Notes: generated from the sequence alone by a model not told the origin. A stretch of 64,000 nucleotides of DNA from an uncultured Candidatus Poseidoniales archaeon (GCA_905182715.1 CAJJCP010000013.1:11990-75989), one strand, 5' to 3'; numbered from the stretch's first letter, positions 31,715 through 41,837 are shown. Translations and numbers: made by a program.

Positions 31715-32629
31715 TTGGGGGAATCTACTATCAGCGGTGAGAAGCGGAAAAAGGATGAGCCATTCAACCCATTTGCTCGCGATGCGAGTGCTCAGCGTAA
31801 CAAACGCATGAGCGAACGTTCTCAAGCACAACGCCGAAACGCCCCTGCTCCCAAAACCGCTCCTCGCCCAGAACAAAACAACCAATCTGCACATAATGAA
31901 TTGGCCAAAAAACGCCAAGAAGCTTTGAGCAGATTAGGTACGCAAGAAAAAAAGCAGCAACCAAAGGCAAAACCAAAACCTCAACCACAGTCACAACCAG
32001 AGGTCGTTGAAGAACCAACATTTACCACCTCAGTTGAGAAACAAGAGATGTCAGCACCAAAAGTTTCTCGCGAAGATCGCATGGCTGAGTTAAGACGTAA
32101 ATCTGAAGAATCTCGTAAAAATGCAAAAGCTCAACGGAATATGGGTGCTGCTGTAGCAGTTGAGCCGATTGCAGTTGAATCAGAACCCGTCATCGAATTT
32201 GTTTCGGCGGAACAGACTTCGGTCCCTGCCCATATTCAGCCAGCTACCGATAAAGCAAGTGCGGACTTAAAATCTCGAAACGATGTATTCAAAACCATTC
32301 AAACTGAAGTTGCAAAGCCTTCTTCAGACCGACGCCGAAAAAGACGCCGTGGAGATAAGAAAGGTGGCGGCCGTCAAAAGCAAGAAAAGAAACTCAACCG
32401 TCAAAAATACCTCGAGTACAAATATGCAGCTCGGGCAATTTTAGATAATGATTCAATCGCAGAAGAACAACGTTCCAATGTACTTGGGCAAGTTTGGGCG
32501 AAAGGTGAACGAATGGGTGTTACAGATTCACTCGAGTTCATCGAACTCAAGGTAGAAGAAGAAATTCTACCACGTCAAGTCGCTGATAAACTAAGAGATT
32601 TAGTTTCTCGAATGACAACAAGAAGGTGA
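31715..32629 (+). CDS. Hypothetical basic, largely low-complexity protein with helical C-terminal domain
   Basis: 304-aa ORF with TTG start that fills the gap between kae1 and slyD. Confidence 0.65.
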   Translation: MGESTISGEKRKKDEPFNPFARDASAQRNKRMSERSQAQRRNAPAPKTAPRPEQNNQSAHNELAKKRQEALSRLGTQEKKQQPKAKPKPQPQSQPEVVEEPTFTTSVEKQEMSAPKVSREDRMAELRRKSEESRKNAKAQRNMGAAVAVEPIAVESEPVIEFVSAEQTSVPAHIQPATDKASADLKSRNDVFKTIQTEVAKPSSDRRRKRRRGDKKGGGRQKQEKKLNRQKYLEYKYAARAILDNDSIAEEQRSNVLGQVWAKGERMGVTDSLEFIELKVEEEILPRQVADKLRDLVSRMTTRR

Positions 32630-32633
32630 AATT

Positions 32634-33140
32634 ATGACAGAATTAACAGTAAAAGAAAATATGGTAGCAAGCGTGCATTACACCGGAACTCTCCCCGATA
32701 GCGGGGAAGTTTTTGACAGCAGCGAAGGCCGAGAACCACTCTCATTCCTCGTCGGACACAAGCAAATGATCCCTGGTTTTGAAGAAGAAATCATGGGCGC
32801 TAAAGTTGGTGAAAAGAAGGAGTTTACCCTCTCCTCAGAGAGAGCTTACGGAGACCGTGACGATGAAGCTGTCATGGAAATCCCAAGAGAACAATTCGCT
32901 CAACTTGAAGAAGAAGCGTCTTTGGAAGTTGGTATGCAACTCGTTGCCCAGATGCCTCATGGCCCATCCCCATTCACAATCACAACACTTACGGCAGAAG
33001 CAGTAACTGCAGATTTCAACCATGCTCTTGCAGGACAAGCGCTCACATTCAATGTGGAAATCGTTGACCTTCGAGAAGCAACAGCTGATGAACAATCCCA
33101 CGGCCATGCTCATGGTGCAGATGGCCAGCACCAACATTGA
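32634..33140 (+). CDS. slyD: FKBP-type peptidyl-prolyl isomerase, SlyD-like
   Basis: VHYTG, FDSS...PL.FL.G, IPGFE, AYG, DFNHALAG and a His-rich tail. Confidence 0.93.
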   Translation: MTELTVKENMVASVHYTGTLPDSGEVFDSSEGREPLSFLVGHKQMIPGFEEEIMGAKVGEKKEFTLSSERAYGDRDDEAVMEIPREQFAQLEEEASLEVGMQLVAQMPHGPSPFTITTLTAEAVTADFNHALAGQALTFNVEIVDLREATADEQSHGHAHGADGQHQH

Positions 33141-33181
33141 ACCGTGCGAGTGTTGATGAAGTCCCTCTTCATGGAGGGTAC

Positions 33182-34783
33182 ATGGTCAGTCAACGTAAAG
33201 AAGACTGGAAGACACTAAGTGGTCTTGATTTGGAGTTGCAAAGCAATCCTGACACACTTGGACAACTTGGTGCAGATGTTTCAGAGATTGGCAATGCGGG
33301 GAGCCCTCCATACACACGTGGAATTCATCCCACGATGTACCGCTCACGTTTGTGGACCATGCGGCAATATGCTGGTTTTTCAAGTGCAAAGGCTACGAAT
33401 GAGCGATTCAAACTCTTGCTTGAGCGCGGGCAAAAAGGACTTTCTGTAGCCTTTGATTTACCTACGCAACTCGGCCTTGATGCCGACGATGAGATGTCTC
33501 TCGGAGAGGTTGGTAAGGTAGGTGTGTCCATTTCAACTGTTGATGACATGCGTCAACTCCTCCAAGGTATTCCATTGGATAAGGTAAGCACTTCAATGAC
33601 AATTAATGCCCCTGCAATGATTTTACTTGCCATGTACATTGCAGTTGCGGAAGAACAGGGTGTTTCATCTCACGAAGTATTGGGTACGATTCAGAATGAT
33701 ATTCTAAAAGAATACATTGCCCGAGGAACATATGTATTCCCTCCAAAAGAGAGTATGCGGCTCATAACCGATATTTTCGAATACTGCTCTGAACATGTAC
33801 CTAAGTGGAATACCATTTCCATTTCGGGCTATCACATACGTGAAGCGGGTTCAACTGCCGTACAGGAAGTTGCTTTTACACTTGCAAATGCCCTTGCTTA
33901 TGTCGAGGCAGCCATCGATAATGGGCTCGATGTCGATTCATTTGCACCACGACTTTCCTTTTTCTTCAATTGTCATAATGATTTCTTTGAAGAAGCATCG
34001 AAGTTCCGAGCAGCACGTTCATTGTGGTATGAATTGATGACATCGAGATATGCGCCAAAGAATCCAAAGTCCTCAATGTTAAGGTTCCATACACAAGTAG
34101 CCGGCGTAAGCCTTACTGCTCAACAACCACTGAATAACATTGCTCGTGTCACTATTCAAGCGTTAGCGGCAGTATGTGGTGGAACGCAAAGTTTACACAC
34201 GAATTCATATGATGAAGCGCTCGGATTACCGACCGAAAAGTCTGCAACCGTTGCGTTAAGAACTCAACAAATCATCGCAGAAGAGAGTGGAGCAGCCGAT
34301 GTGGTCGATCCACTCGGCGGGTCATACCACGTCGAAGCATTGACCAAACAAATTCATGATTTAGCATTGGAGCAAATAGAGAAAATCGAATCTCTTGGTG
34401 GGGCTTTGAAAGCCATTGAACAAGGTTGGCAACAACGTGAAATTCACAATGCTGCCTACCAACACCTCAACGATGTAGAATCCGAACGGAGAAAAATCGT
34501 AGGAGTCAACCATGGGCTCATGGATGACGATACGGTAACTGAAGTGCTCAAACTCGACCCGTCCGTAGGCGAAGAACAATGCAGCCGATTAAAGAAATTA
34601 CGTAGTTCGAGGGATTCAGAAACTGTACAGAACTGCCTTGCCGCTATTGTTAAGGCTGCAGAATCCGACGACAATCTCTTCCCTCACGTACTCTTTGCTG
34701 TAAAGAATGATTGTACGCTCGGAGAAATTGTACAGGCAATGAAGGATGTCTTTGGAACTTGGATGGCTCCAAGTGGATTTTGA
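33182..34783 (+). CDS. Methylmalonyl-CoA mutase, large (substrate-binding) subunit
   Basis: PYTRG..PTMY, WTMRQYAGF, GLSVAFDLPT, QNDILKEY, SISGYHIREAG and QSLHTN. No B12-binding domain. Confidence 0.95.
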   Translation: MVSQRKEDWKTLSGLDLELQSNPDTLGQLGADVSEIGNAGSPPYTRGIHPTMYRSRLWTMRQYAGFSSAKATNERFKLLLERGQKGLSVAFDLPTQLGLDADDEMSLGEVGKVGVSISTVDDMRQLLQGIPLDKVSTSMTINAPAMILLAMYIAVAEEQGVSSHEVLGTIQNDILKEYIARGTYVFPPKESMRLITDIFEYCSEHVPKWNTISISGYHIREAGSTAVQEVAFTLANALAYVEAAIDNGLDVDSFAPRLSFFFNCHNDFFEEASKFRAARSLWYELMTSRYAPKNPKSSMLRFHTQVAGVSLTAQQPLNNIARVTIQALAAVCGGTQSLHTNSYDEALGLPTEKSATVALRTQQIIAEESGAADVVDPLGGSYHVEALTKQIHDLALEQIEKIESLGGALKAIEQGWQQREIHNAAYQHLNDVESERRKIVGVNHGLMDDDTVTEVLKLDPSVGEEQCSRLKKLRSSRDSETVQNCLAAIVKAAESDDNLFPHVLFAVKNDCTLGEIVQAMKDVFGTWMAPSGF

Positions 34784-34792
34784 GGTGATTGA

Positions 34793-35224
34793 ATGGATTT
34801 TGGACCCATACACATCGACCACATTGGTATAGCAGTTGACTCACTTGACGAAGGTAGTACGTTTTGGAGGTTGCTTGGATTGATTGAACGCGGTGAGGAT
34901 GAACTGGTCGTAGACCAAGGTGTTACGACTCGGTTTTTCTCGACAAGTCATTCTGTTGAACAAGACCATCCAGTACAGATCGAATTACTAGAAGCTACAG
35001 GGCCAGATACCCCAATCGGGAAATTTATTTCTAAAAAAGGCAAAGGTGTGCAACAAATTTGTTTCCGCGTAGGCGATTTAATTGGTCTCATAGCGCACCT
35101 CCTTGAACATGGGGTCCACATGATAGATACTGTACCTCGGAAGGGTGCTGGCGACAAAATGATTGCCTTTGTTCACCCACGTTCAACTGGTGGGGTTTTG
35201 GTTGAATTGACTCAGGCCGCATGA
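34793..35224 (+). CDS. mce: Methylmalonyl-CoA epimerase
   Basis: Motifs IDHIGIAV, IELLE, PIGKF, AFVHP and TGGVLVEL. Lies next to the mutase. Confidence 0.92.
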   Translation: MDFGPIHIDHIGIAVDSLDEGSTFWRLLGLIERGEDELVVDQGVTTRFFSTSHSVEQDHPVQIELLEATGPDTPIGKFISKKGKGVQQICFRVGDLIGLIAHLLEHGVHMIDTVPRKGAGDKMIAFVHPRSTGGVLVELTQAA

Positions 35225-35228
35225 GAGT

Positions 35229-35576
35229 TTGAGGGTAAGCATCATATCTTTGCATCCCCACAATGAATTGATGCGAACCTGTGTTGACAACCTCATCGCT
35301 CTACCCCATATCGATGGCCCACGAATCCGTACTGAAGTTGAATTCTTGGCAAACCGCCTGGAACTGTTGCGTCAAAACCGACAAATTACGAATGAAGCAT
35401 ATCTTGATGCTGGAGCAATCCAAGGTGCCTTTGATATGATTGGAAATTTGGTAGAAATGGGTGTTCCACAACAAGAGGTTTTTTCTCAGATCAAGCAACA
35501 GTTGGAACGAGCATGTAATCTGGAAGTGAAACATCCAGGTTTGAATCAAGCCATAGAATCCGGCCGCGTTTCGTGA
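35229..35576 (+). CDS. Hypothetical helical protein (start uncertain)
   Basis: ORF fills the gap between mce and the ABC ATPase. Confidence 0.55.
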   Translation: MRVSIISLHPHNELMRTCVDNLIALPHIDGPRIRTEVEFLANRLELLRQNRQITNEAYLDAGAIQGAFDMIGNLVEMGVPQQEVFSQIKQQLERACNLEVKHPGLNQAIESGRVS

Positions 35577-35584
35577 GGGATTTG

Positions 35585-36418
35585 ATGCCGGAATCTCTTC
35601 TCTCAATTCAAGGTGTGACCAAGAACTTCGCTGAAGTTCAAGCGTTGCATGAAATAAACTTGGAGATTCATTCTGGTGAAATTGTTGGCTTAGTCGGTAG
35701 CAATGGTGCTGGGAAAACAACACTGTTGCGGCTCATGGCGGGCGTCTACAAACCATCGAGCGGAACAGTCAATCTGAGCAACGGAGAGCCTGTTACAACT
35801 ATGCGGCACGAACTTGGAGTCGTCCCTGAATCGACTGGATTATATTCAAGACTCACCGCCTGGGAGAACATCCGATATCACAGCCGCATGCATGGGATTC
35901 CAGACTCGATTTCATGGGCACGAACCGAAAAGTTCGCTGAACATTTGGACATGAAAGAGAATTTGAGCAGACATACGAAAGGATTCTCCAGAGGTATGAA
36001 GCAAAAAACAGCCTTGTTGCGGGCATTGGCACACGGTCCGAATATACTCCTGCTGGATGAGCCAACTGCTGGACTCGACATTACGAGTGCGAGAACTGTA
36101 CGTGCACTCGTTCGGCAATTGCGCGATGAAGGGGGCACTGTGATTTATTCCACTCATCAACTTGCAGAAGCACAACAAGTGTGTGACCGAATTGTCATCA
36201 TCCACAATGGTGAGATTCGCGCAGATGGTTCACCGTTTCAACTTTTGAACGATACAGATACAGATTCTCTTGAAGAAGCATATGTTTCACTTACGCAAGA
36301 CCAAGCGAGAACTCGTAAGGAGGACAACGATCGTGAAAGTGCATTCACAGGCTGGTGGCGTCGATTCTTCACTCCAAAAACTCCTAAAACCACTCGTGAG
36401 GTGATGGAAAGTGAGTGA
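35585..36418 (+). CDS. ABC transporter ATP-binding protein (NatA-like)
   Basis: Motifs GSNGAGKTT, FSRGMKQK, LLLDEPTAGLD and STH. Confidence 0.93.
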   Translation: MPESLLSIQGVTKNFAEVQALHEINLEIHSGEIVGLVGSNGAGKTTLLRLMAGVYKPSSGTVNLSNGEPVTTMRHELGVVPESTGLYSRLTAWENIRYHSRMHGIPDSISWARTEKFAEHLDMKENLSRHTKGFSRGMKQKTALLRALAHGPNILLLDEPTAGLDITSARTVRALVRQLRDEGGTVIYSTHQLAEAQQVCDRIVIIHNGEIRADGSPFQLLNDTDTDSLEEAYVSLTQDQARTRKEDNDRESAFTGWWRRFFTPKTPKTTREVMESE

Positions 36419-37634
36419 CGGTAGTTTCCTGAGGGTACGTGCCATTGCTAAGAAAGAAGTCGTTGAGTTCACTCGAGACTGGCGGACTATTATCGCTATT
36501 ATCGTCATACCACTGCTCATGTTTCCTCTTTTGTTTATTCTCTTTCCAGTCTTACTTGAATCTGAAACTGCAGAACTCGATGCTCTCGAACTCTCAATTG
36601 TGATTCAGACGGACGGCCTTCCAGAGAATCTCGCTGAGAATATTTCTCTCAGCAGCATGGATTATTCAATTGAATTGTTACCGAACTTAACGAGTTTATC
36701 TGAACCGGGGCAAGACCTTGAACGGGTCAGAAACAGTTCGACAGATGCAATATTACGATTTGAGTCAAGTGAAGATGTGTGGGACTTTGCTATCCTTCAC
36801 CTCTCGACTTCCGAACGTTCGAACGAAGCTCGTAACCGCCTGTTGATCACACTATCAGAATGGGAGAGTTCCGAAATCCGAGTACGAATCGTTGAAGGTG
36901 GAATGGATGTCAATACCACACTCGACCCATTGAGATGGGATGGTGAAGTTTCTTCAGGGGATGTGGCAACTTCTGGTGAACAGTCCGGCATGATTCTTTC
37001 AATGTTCATCCCCTTAGTCTTAGCAATTTGGACTTATTCGAGTGCAATTCAACCATCGATAGACATGACTGCTGGAGAACGTGAGCGAGGGACACTCGAA
37101 GCATTGCTCTGCCTCCCATGTACGCGTATGGAACTCTTATTCGGAAAATGGCTCGCTGTAGCGACGATTACAGGCGTTGGAGTTCTGTTACAGATATTCG
37201 GGCTGTTATTTGCGATTGGATATCTCGCATCTTCGTCAAGTTTCATTGGCGTACCGCAACTCTCGATGATCTCAATCGGCCTCATTGTTCTTTCAATCAT
37301 GCTCTTTGCCATCATGGTTGTCGCATTTGAATTAGCTTTGGCAATGCGTTCCCATAGTGTAAAGGAAGCAGGTTCAATATTGGCTCCAGCCTTGATGCTC
37401 ATCCTCTTCCCAGCATTGTTCACCCAAGTTATCAACCTAGATGGTATTGAAGGGTTCTGGTTTGCAATACCTGTAGTGAATATTCTCTTGGCATTGCGTG
37501 AACTCCTGATGAACCGAGTCATCACAGAACACGTATTGATTTGGGGATTCTCATCAATAGTTTACGCAACTCTCGCAGCCTACTATGCCTCTCGACAATT
37601 CAATCGAGAGGATATTGTTACTTCCCTTTCTTGA
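36411..37634 (+). CDS. ABC-2 permease (NatB-like)
   Basis: KKE....RDWRT and AGERERGTLEALL..P, with multiple TM helices. Confidence 0.9.
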   Translation: MSDGSFLRVRAIAKKEVVEFTRDWRTIIAIIVIPLLMFPLLFILFPVLLESETAELDALELSIVIQTDGLPENLAENISLSSMDYSIELLPNLTSLSEPGQDLERVRNSSTDAILRFESSEDVWDFAILHLSTSERSNEARNRLLITLSEWESSEIRVRIVEGGMDVNTTLDPLRWDGEVSSGDVATSGEQSGMILSMFIPLVLAIWTYSSAIQPSIDMTAGERERGTLEALLCLPCTRMELLFGKWLAVATITGVGVLLQIFGLLFAIGYLASSSSFIGVPQLSMISIGLIVLSIMLFAIMVVAFELALAMRSHSVKEAGSILAPALMLILFPALFTQVINLDGIEGFWFAIPVVNILLALRELLMNRVITEHVLIWGFSSIVYATLAAYYASRQFNREDIVTSLS

Positions 37635-37635
37635 A

Positions 37636-39129
37636 TTAAGAAAAGTGATGGAAGGAAGCACGGACAACATCGATAATCGCATCGATTTCAGCCGAGGTAA
37701 TTCCGAAATGAGGCGTGAAACGAAGAGCGTTTGTTCCTCCGTGTATGACACCGAGCCCATGTTTACGGCACCATGTCTCAACAGCATCGAATCCAACGAC
37801 TGGGAATTGGCTTGGTTCGAGTTCTGCACTCAATAATAATCCAGTGCCTTGAACTTGAGTGATGATACCTGGCATCTCGAGAGCTAAGAGTTCCAATTTT
37901 TCTACAAACTCTGCGCCTCTGTCACGAATGTTTGCACGTAATTCTGGAGTGATTTGGTCGAGCACTGCACATGCAGTTTCGAGCGCACGAGGATTCGTAG
38001 TCATGGTATTTCCGTAAATCCCAACAACATAGTTTTCTGATGCCCTTTGATTGAGACCAAGTACTGATAATGGGTATTGGCCAGCATTCAGTGCTTTTGA
38101 CCATGTTTCTAAATCAGGACATACGGCATCTTGGAAACCATCATAGTCGATAATTGAAAGACAGCCTTGGCCTCGAATTCCTGCTTGAATAGAATCGACA
38201 AGTAGCATCGAGCCATGTTCAAGAGTGAGGCGGCGAGCAGCATCGTAGAAATCACGCTCAACACATGAACCTGGGTTTCCTTCTCCTTGAACTGGTTCTA
38301 TTGCCATGAGTTCGATAAAGTATCCATCAGATTCAGCTTTTGCATATGCAGCCTCAAGAGCGGCAACATTGTTCGCTGGAACGAGAATCAAATTGTCGCG
38401 ATTCCTGAATGTTGCGAGGTTTTTATCGTATGCAGTCATACATGAATGCGAAATTTGTGCAGGGCGGTCAGTACGTCCATGGAATGCCTTTTCAACAGCC
38501 ATGAGTTTGATTTCTTTGCCTTCGTGCGGGCCACCAGGGCCAGTCATTTTACGTGCATTAACGTCAGCAATCCGTAGGCTAACCGTAACTGATTCCGATC
38601 CACTGTTCATGCAGATAAAGCGAGTAAAAGGGCATGAGCCTCGAGTATGCCCGAGTTCGCTTTGCAAGCGCGTTGCGAGACGCTTATGGCTGTAAGAAGG
38701 AGTCATGACGTTCGCCATTACCCAATTCTGCGACATAGAGGAAATAATCGTGCTCGGTCCGTGGCCACTACCAAGCATCCCGTAGCCCCCGTTGTCGTGA
38801 AGAACTGCACCATGAGCCGTAATAATCCAAGGTCCACGGGCAGCAAGGGCCACATAAGGGTTAACTGTGGCTGGGGCATAAAAATTGATGTAGTCCGATT
38901 GCAGTTCTTTAACCAAGTCTGATTCCGAAAGATTCAACAAATCATTACCGAATTCATCTTTGAGGTGGTTTCTTCGGGCCACTGCTTCTGTAATAGCCAT
39001 CCCCAAAGTCGAGTCGCTGGAAAGAAAACTTTGAATCACATCATCCGTTAAACCAACGGTATCTCGATGACCTGAGAGGTTTCGTAAATTTTGAAGATGG
39101 GCGAAAGCATCTACAGCATGTTGAGTCAT
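37636..39129 (-). CDS. Class III PLP aminotransferase (lysine-6-/ornithine-aminotransferase-like)
   Basis: Motifs NSGSE, AFHGRT, IEPVQGEG, VDSIQAG, SKAL, GTGLL and LRFTP. Confidence 0.88.
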   Translation of the reverse strand: MTQHAVDAFAHLQNLRNLSGHRDTVGLTDDVIQSFLSSDSTLGMAITEAVARRNHLKDEFGNDLLNLSESDLVKELQSDYINFYAPATVNPYVALAARGPWIITAHGAVLHDNGGYGMLGSGHGPSTIISSMSQNWVMANVMTPSYSHKRLATRLQSELGHTRGSCPFTRFICMNSGSESVTVSLRIADVNARKMTGPGGPHEGKEIKLMAVEKAFHGRTDRPAQISHSCMTAYDKNLATFRNRDNLILVPANNVAALEAAYAKAESDGYFIELMAIEPVQGEGNPGSCVERDFYDAARRLTLEHGSMLLVDSIQAGIRGQGCLSIIDYDGFQDAVCPDLETWSKALNAGQYPLSVLGLNQRASENYVVGIYGNTMTTNPRALETACAVLDQITPELRANIRDRGAEFVEKLELLALEMPGIITQVQGTGLLLSAELEPSQFPVVGFDAVETWCRKHGLGVIHGGTNALRFTPHFGITSAEIDAIIDVVRASFHHFS

Positions 39130-39214
39130 CAGTTTATTGCCACCCACGGGGTTCTTTGAACGTTCGCTTCAATTTTACTGAGAATCTGCTGGAAGATGAG
39201 TGTTTTTTGCATTA

Positions 39215-39246
39215 GAGTAATACTATAGTAATACTCAGCGAATACT
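39215..39246. promoter_or_regulatory. Candidate RHH operator: AGTAATACT repeats at 11-bp period abutting a TTATAT box
   Basis: AGTAATACT at 39216 and 39227, GCGAATACT at 39238. TTATAT starts at 39246, 28 bp before the RHH ATG. Confidence 0.6.
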
Positions 39247-39273
39247 TATATGCTCTGGGCCGAACCATCAATC

Positions 39274-39435
39274 ATGCCGAAAATCTCTTTGGACATGCCA
39301 GCGGAATTGGTTGAAGACCTCCGCAAACATGTCGGAGACCAACATAAATTTGTGAGTTTGGCGGATGCGGTACGTACTGCATGCCGTAAACTCCTCGATC
39401 AGTTGGATGAAATTGATGCTCGGCATGGAAGGTAG
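39274..39435 (+). CDS. Ribbon-helix-helix (CopG/Arc/MetJ) regulator
   Basis: MPKISLDMP.EL...L......KF.S.ADAVR.A.R.LL. Confidence 0.8.
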   Translation: MPKISLDMPAELVEDLRKHVGDQHKFVSLADAVRTACRKLLDQLDEIDARHGR

Positions 39436-39443
39436 TGAATCAT

Positions 39444-40013
39444 ATGGTGACAACAGAAGAAGCAGAAAACGCAGTGAAAATCTTGCTCGAGTACCTTGAG
39501 GGCGATGCTCAACGTGAAGGATTGCAAAAGACTCCTCGACGTGTCATTGAATCATGGGATGAAATATTTTCCGGGTATACGACCGATACTGAAGAACTTC
39601 TCCAATCGACATTCAATGGCGAAGGATATGATGGCATAGTTCTCCTCCGCGATATTGAATTTCATTCGACATGTGAACATCACTTACAACCATTTAGTGG
39701 TCGTGCACATATTGCATACATCCCCGTAGATCGTATTGTTGGAATCAGTAAATTAGCACGTATTGTTGACGCTCACGCTCATCGATTACAGAATCAAGAA
39801 CGCATTACCAAAGGCATCGCAGATGACCTGGAAAAGCACCTCAATCCGCTTGGTGCAGCAGTCATCCTTGAGGCGTCGCATGGCTGTATGCGTTGCCGTG
39901 GTGTACGAAAACAAAACTCAGTCATGACGACATCGGCAATGCGCGGCGTGTTTTTCGATAAGGCAGAACCTCGCCAAGAACTCATGCAGCTCATACAATC
40001 AAGACCACTCTGA
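39444..40013 (+). CDS. folE: GTP cyclohydrolase I (FolE type)
   Basis: Motifs REGL..TP.R, CEHHL.PF, GISKLAR, RLQNQER and H.CM..RGV. Confidence 0.96.
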   Translation: MVTTEEAENAVKILLEYLEGDAQREGLQKTPRRVIESWDEIFSGYTTDTEELLQSTFNGEGYDGIVLLRDIEFHSTCEHHLQPFSGRAHIAYIPVDRIVGISKLARIVDAHAHRLQNQERITKGIADDLEKHLNPLGAAVILEASHGCMRCRGVRKQNSVMTTSAMRGVFFDKAEPRQELMQLIQSRPL

Positions 40014-40022
40014 GGCGTTAAT

Positions 40023-40685
40023 ATGACCGAGCATATCTTGTGAACTCTCGGGTAAGCATACCGTTGATTCGGCTTCGGACCTCGGAACCGTGTACAAGAT
40101 TGTCGAAATATTTCATTCCGTCCAAGGAGAGGGCGTACATGCAGGAATACCTCATGTATTCATCCGCTTCGGGAAAATGTAACCTCCAATGCGAATGGTG
40201 TGATACCGACTTCGAAACATTTGATGAAATGGCTGCAGTCGACATACTCGGTGAGGTAATGAAGTACCCTTCGAAAAGAATTATCTTTCACTGGTGGTGA
40301 GCCGATGCTGAATGATTTATGGCCACTCCATCGTTTGTTGAAGTCCAGAGGATACCAGTTATCCTGTGAATCAAATGGGACCATCGAGATTCCAGAAGAT
40401 TTACTCGATTGGATCTGTATCTCCCCTAAAGACCAGATGTACCCTCAAGTGAAAATTCGACAACGTACGGGGGATGAACTCAAATGCGTTTATGTTGGTC
40501 AAGATTTAACACTCTATGATGGATTAAAAGATGGCTTCAACCACCACTTCTTGCAACCTTGTTATATCGATTCTGAAAGTGTAGAATGGAATGGTAAGAA
40601 TTTTGCAATGACTGAAGCCGTTGTGAAACAATCACCGCCTTGGCGTTTGAGTCTCCAAACGCATAAGTGGATGGGGGTTGACTGA
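40023..40685 (+). CDS. queE: 7-carboxy-7-deazaguanine synthase, with at least two indels (near 40175 and 40288); start uncertain
   Basis: EIFHSVQGEG...FIRFG, CNLQCEWCDT, TGGEP, ESNG, ISPK and WRLSLQTHK lie across three frames. The shifts are at AAAA and TTT runs. Confidence 0.88.
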
Positions 40686-41837
40686 ATGAAACGAGCAGTC
40701 ATGGCACTCTCTGGTGGAATGGATTCGACCGCACTCTTGATGCGGCTTTTAGCCGATCAATACAAAGTAGATTGTATCTCGTACAATTACGGTCAAAAGC
40801 ACAGTGTGGAGTTGGAACGAGCGCAATTGAACATCAAATATCTTGCATCAAAAGGATTCGAAATTGAACATAAAATAATCGACCTTTCGAGTGCAATGGG
40901 TGCGTTTGAAAGTTCACTTCTCAGAGGAGGTGAAGACATTCCTGAAGGCCATTATGAGGCTGAACAAATGAAGTCAACCGTGGTGCCGAATCGGAATGCT
41001 ATATTCGCCTCAATAATGTATGGATATGCTCTCTCAGTTTCGAATCGTGAGAGTTGCAAAGTTGAAATTGCTCTCGGTGTTCATTCCGGAGACCATGAAA
41101 TCTATCCGGATTGCCGACCTGAATTTTATCAGGCAATCGAACACGCTTTTGCCATTGGAAATTGGGACAGTGAAAACATCTCATTCACCCTACCCTATCT
41201 CGACGGTGATAAGGCATCCATACTCGAAGATGCCCAAAAGGCCATTCTTCAGCTTGACCTTGAATTCAACACGGTGTTTGCGAATACAAATACCTCCTAT
41301 AATCCTGATGAAGAAGGGCGAAGTTCTGGAATGAGTGGCGCCGATATTGAGCGTATTCTTGCCTTCCACAGCCTTGGACTCACCGACCCCGTCGATTACC
41401 AAACCACTTGGGAAGAAGTGCTTAGAAACGCCCTCGAGGTTGAAAAATCGCATAAGGAAGAAGATTACCGTCAACGTCTCACTGAAGAACAATACTTAGT
41501 CACACGTCAAAGTGCTACAGAACGCGCCTTTACGGGGATCTATTGGGATGAAAAAAGAGATGGCGATTACTTTTGCATCTGTTGTGGTCATCTTTTGTTT
41601 ACTTCTTCTATGAAATTCGATTCAGGTTGCGGTTGGCCATCATTCCACACGGAGCATCCCGATGCAGGAATCAAGCACATCGAGGATTACACGCATGGAA
41701 TGCAAAGAGTTGAAGTTCAATGTTCAAAGTGTGACGCACATTTAGGACATATCTTCGAAGACGGGCCACGAGCATTCGGTGGGCAAAGGTATTGCATCAA
41801 TTCAGCTTCACTGGATTTTGAGGAGATGGAAGAATGA
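40686..41837 (+). CDS. queC: QueC (7-cyano-7-deazaguanine synthase) fused to methionine-R-sulfoxide reductase MsrB
   Basis: SGGMDS, YGQKH..E, TVVPNRN and YPDCRPEF, followed in frame by TERAFTG, CICC, KFDSGCGWPSF, HLGHIF.DGP and RYCINS. Confidence 0.9.
   Translation: MKRAVMALSGGMDSTALLMRLLADQYKVDCISYNYGQKHSVELERAQLNIKYLASKGFEIEHKIIDLSSAMGAFESSLLRGGEDIPEGHYEAEQMKSTVVPNRNAIFASIMYGYALSVSNRESCKVEIALGVHSGDHEIYPDCRPEFYQAIEHAFAIGNWDSENISFTLPYLDGDKASILEDAQKAILQLDLEFNTVFANTNTSYNPDEEGRSSGMSGADIERILAFHSLGLTDPVDYQTTWEEVLRNALEVEKSHKEEDYRQRLTEEQYLVTRQSATERAFTGIYWDEKRDGDYFCICCGHLLFTSSMKFDSGCGWPSFHTEHPDAGIKHIEDYTHGMQRVEVQCSKCDAHLGHIFEDGPRAFGGQRYCINSASLDFEEMEE

Noticed and set aside
40023-40310. queE as a pseudogene or programmed frameshift
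   Set aside because: The shifts lie in short A and T runs, catalytic motifs are intact, and similar indels hit other genes. Sequencing error is more likely; reads are needed to confirm.
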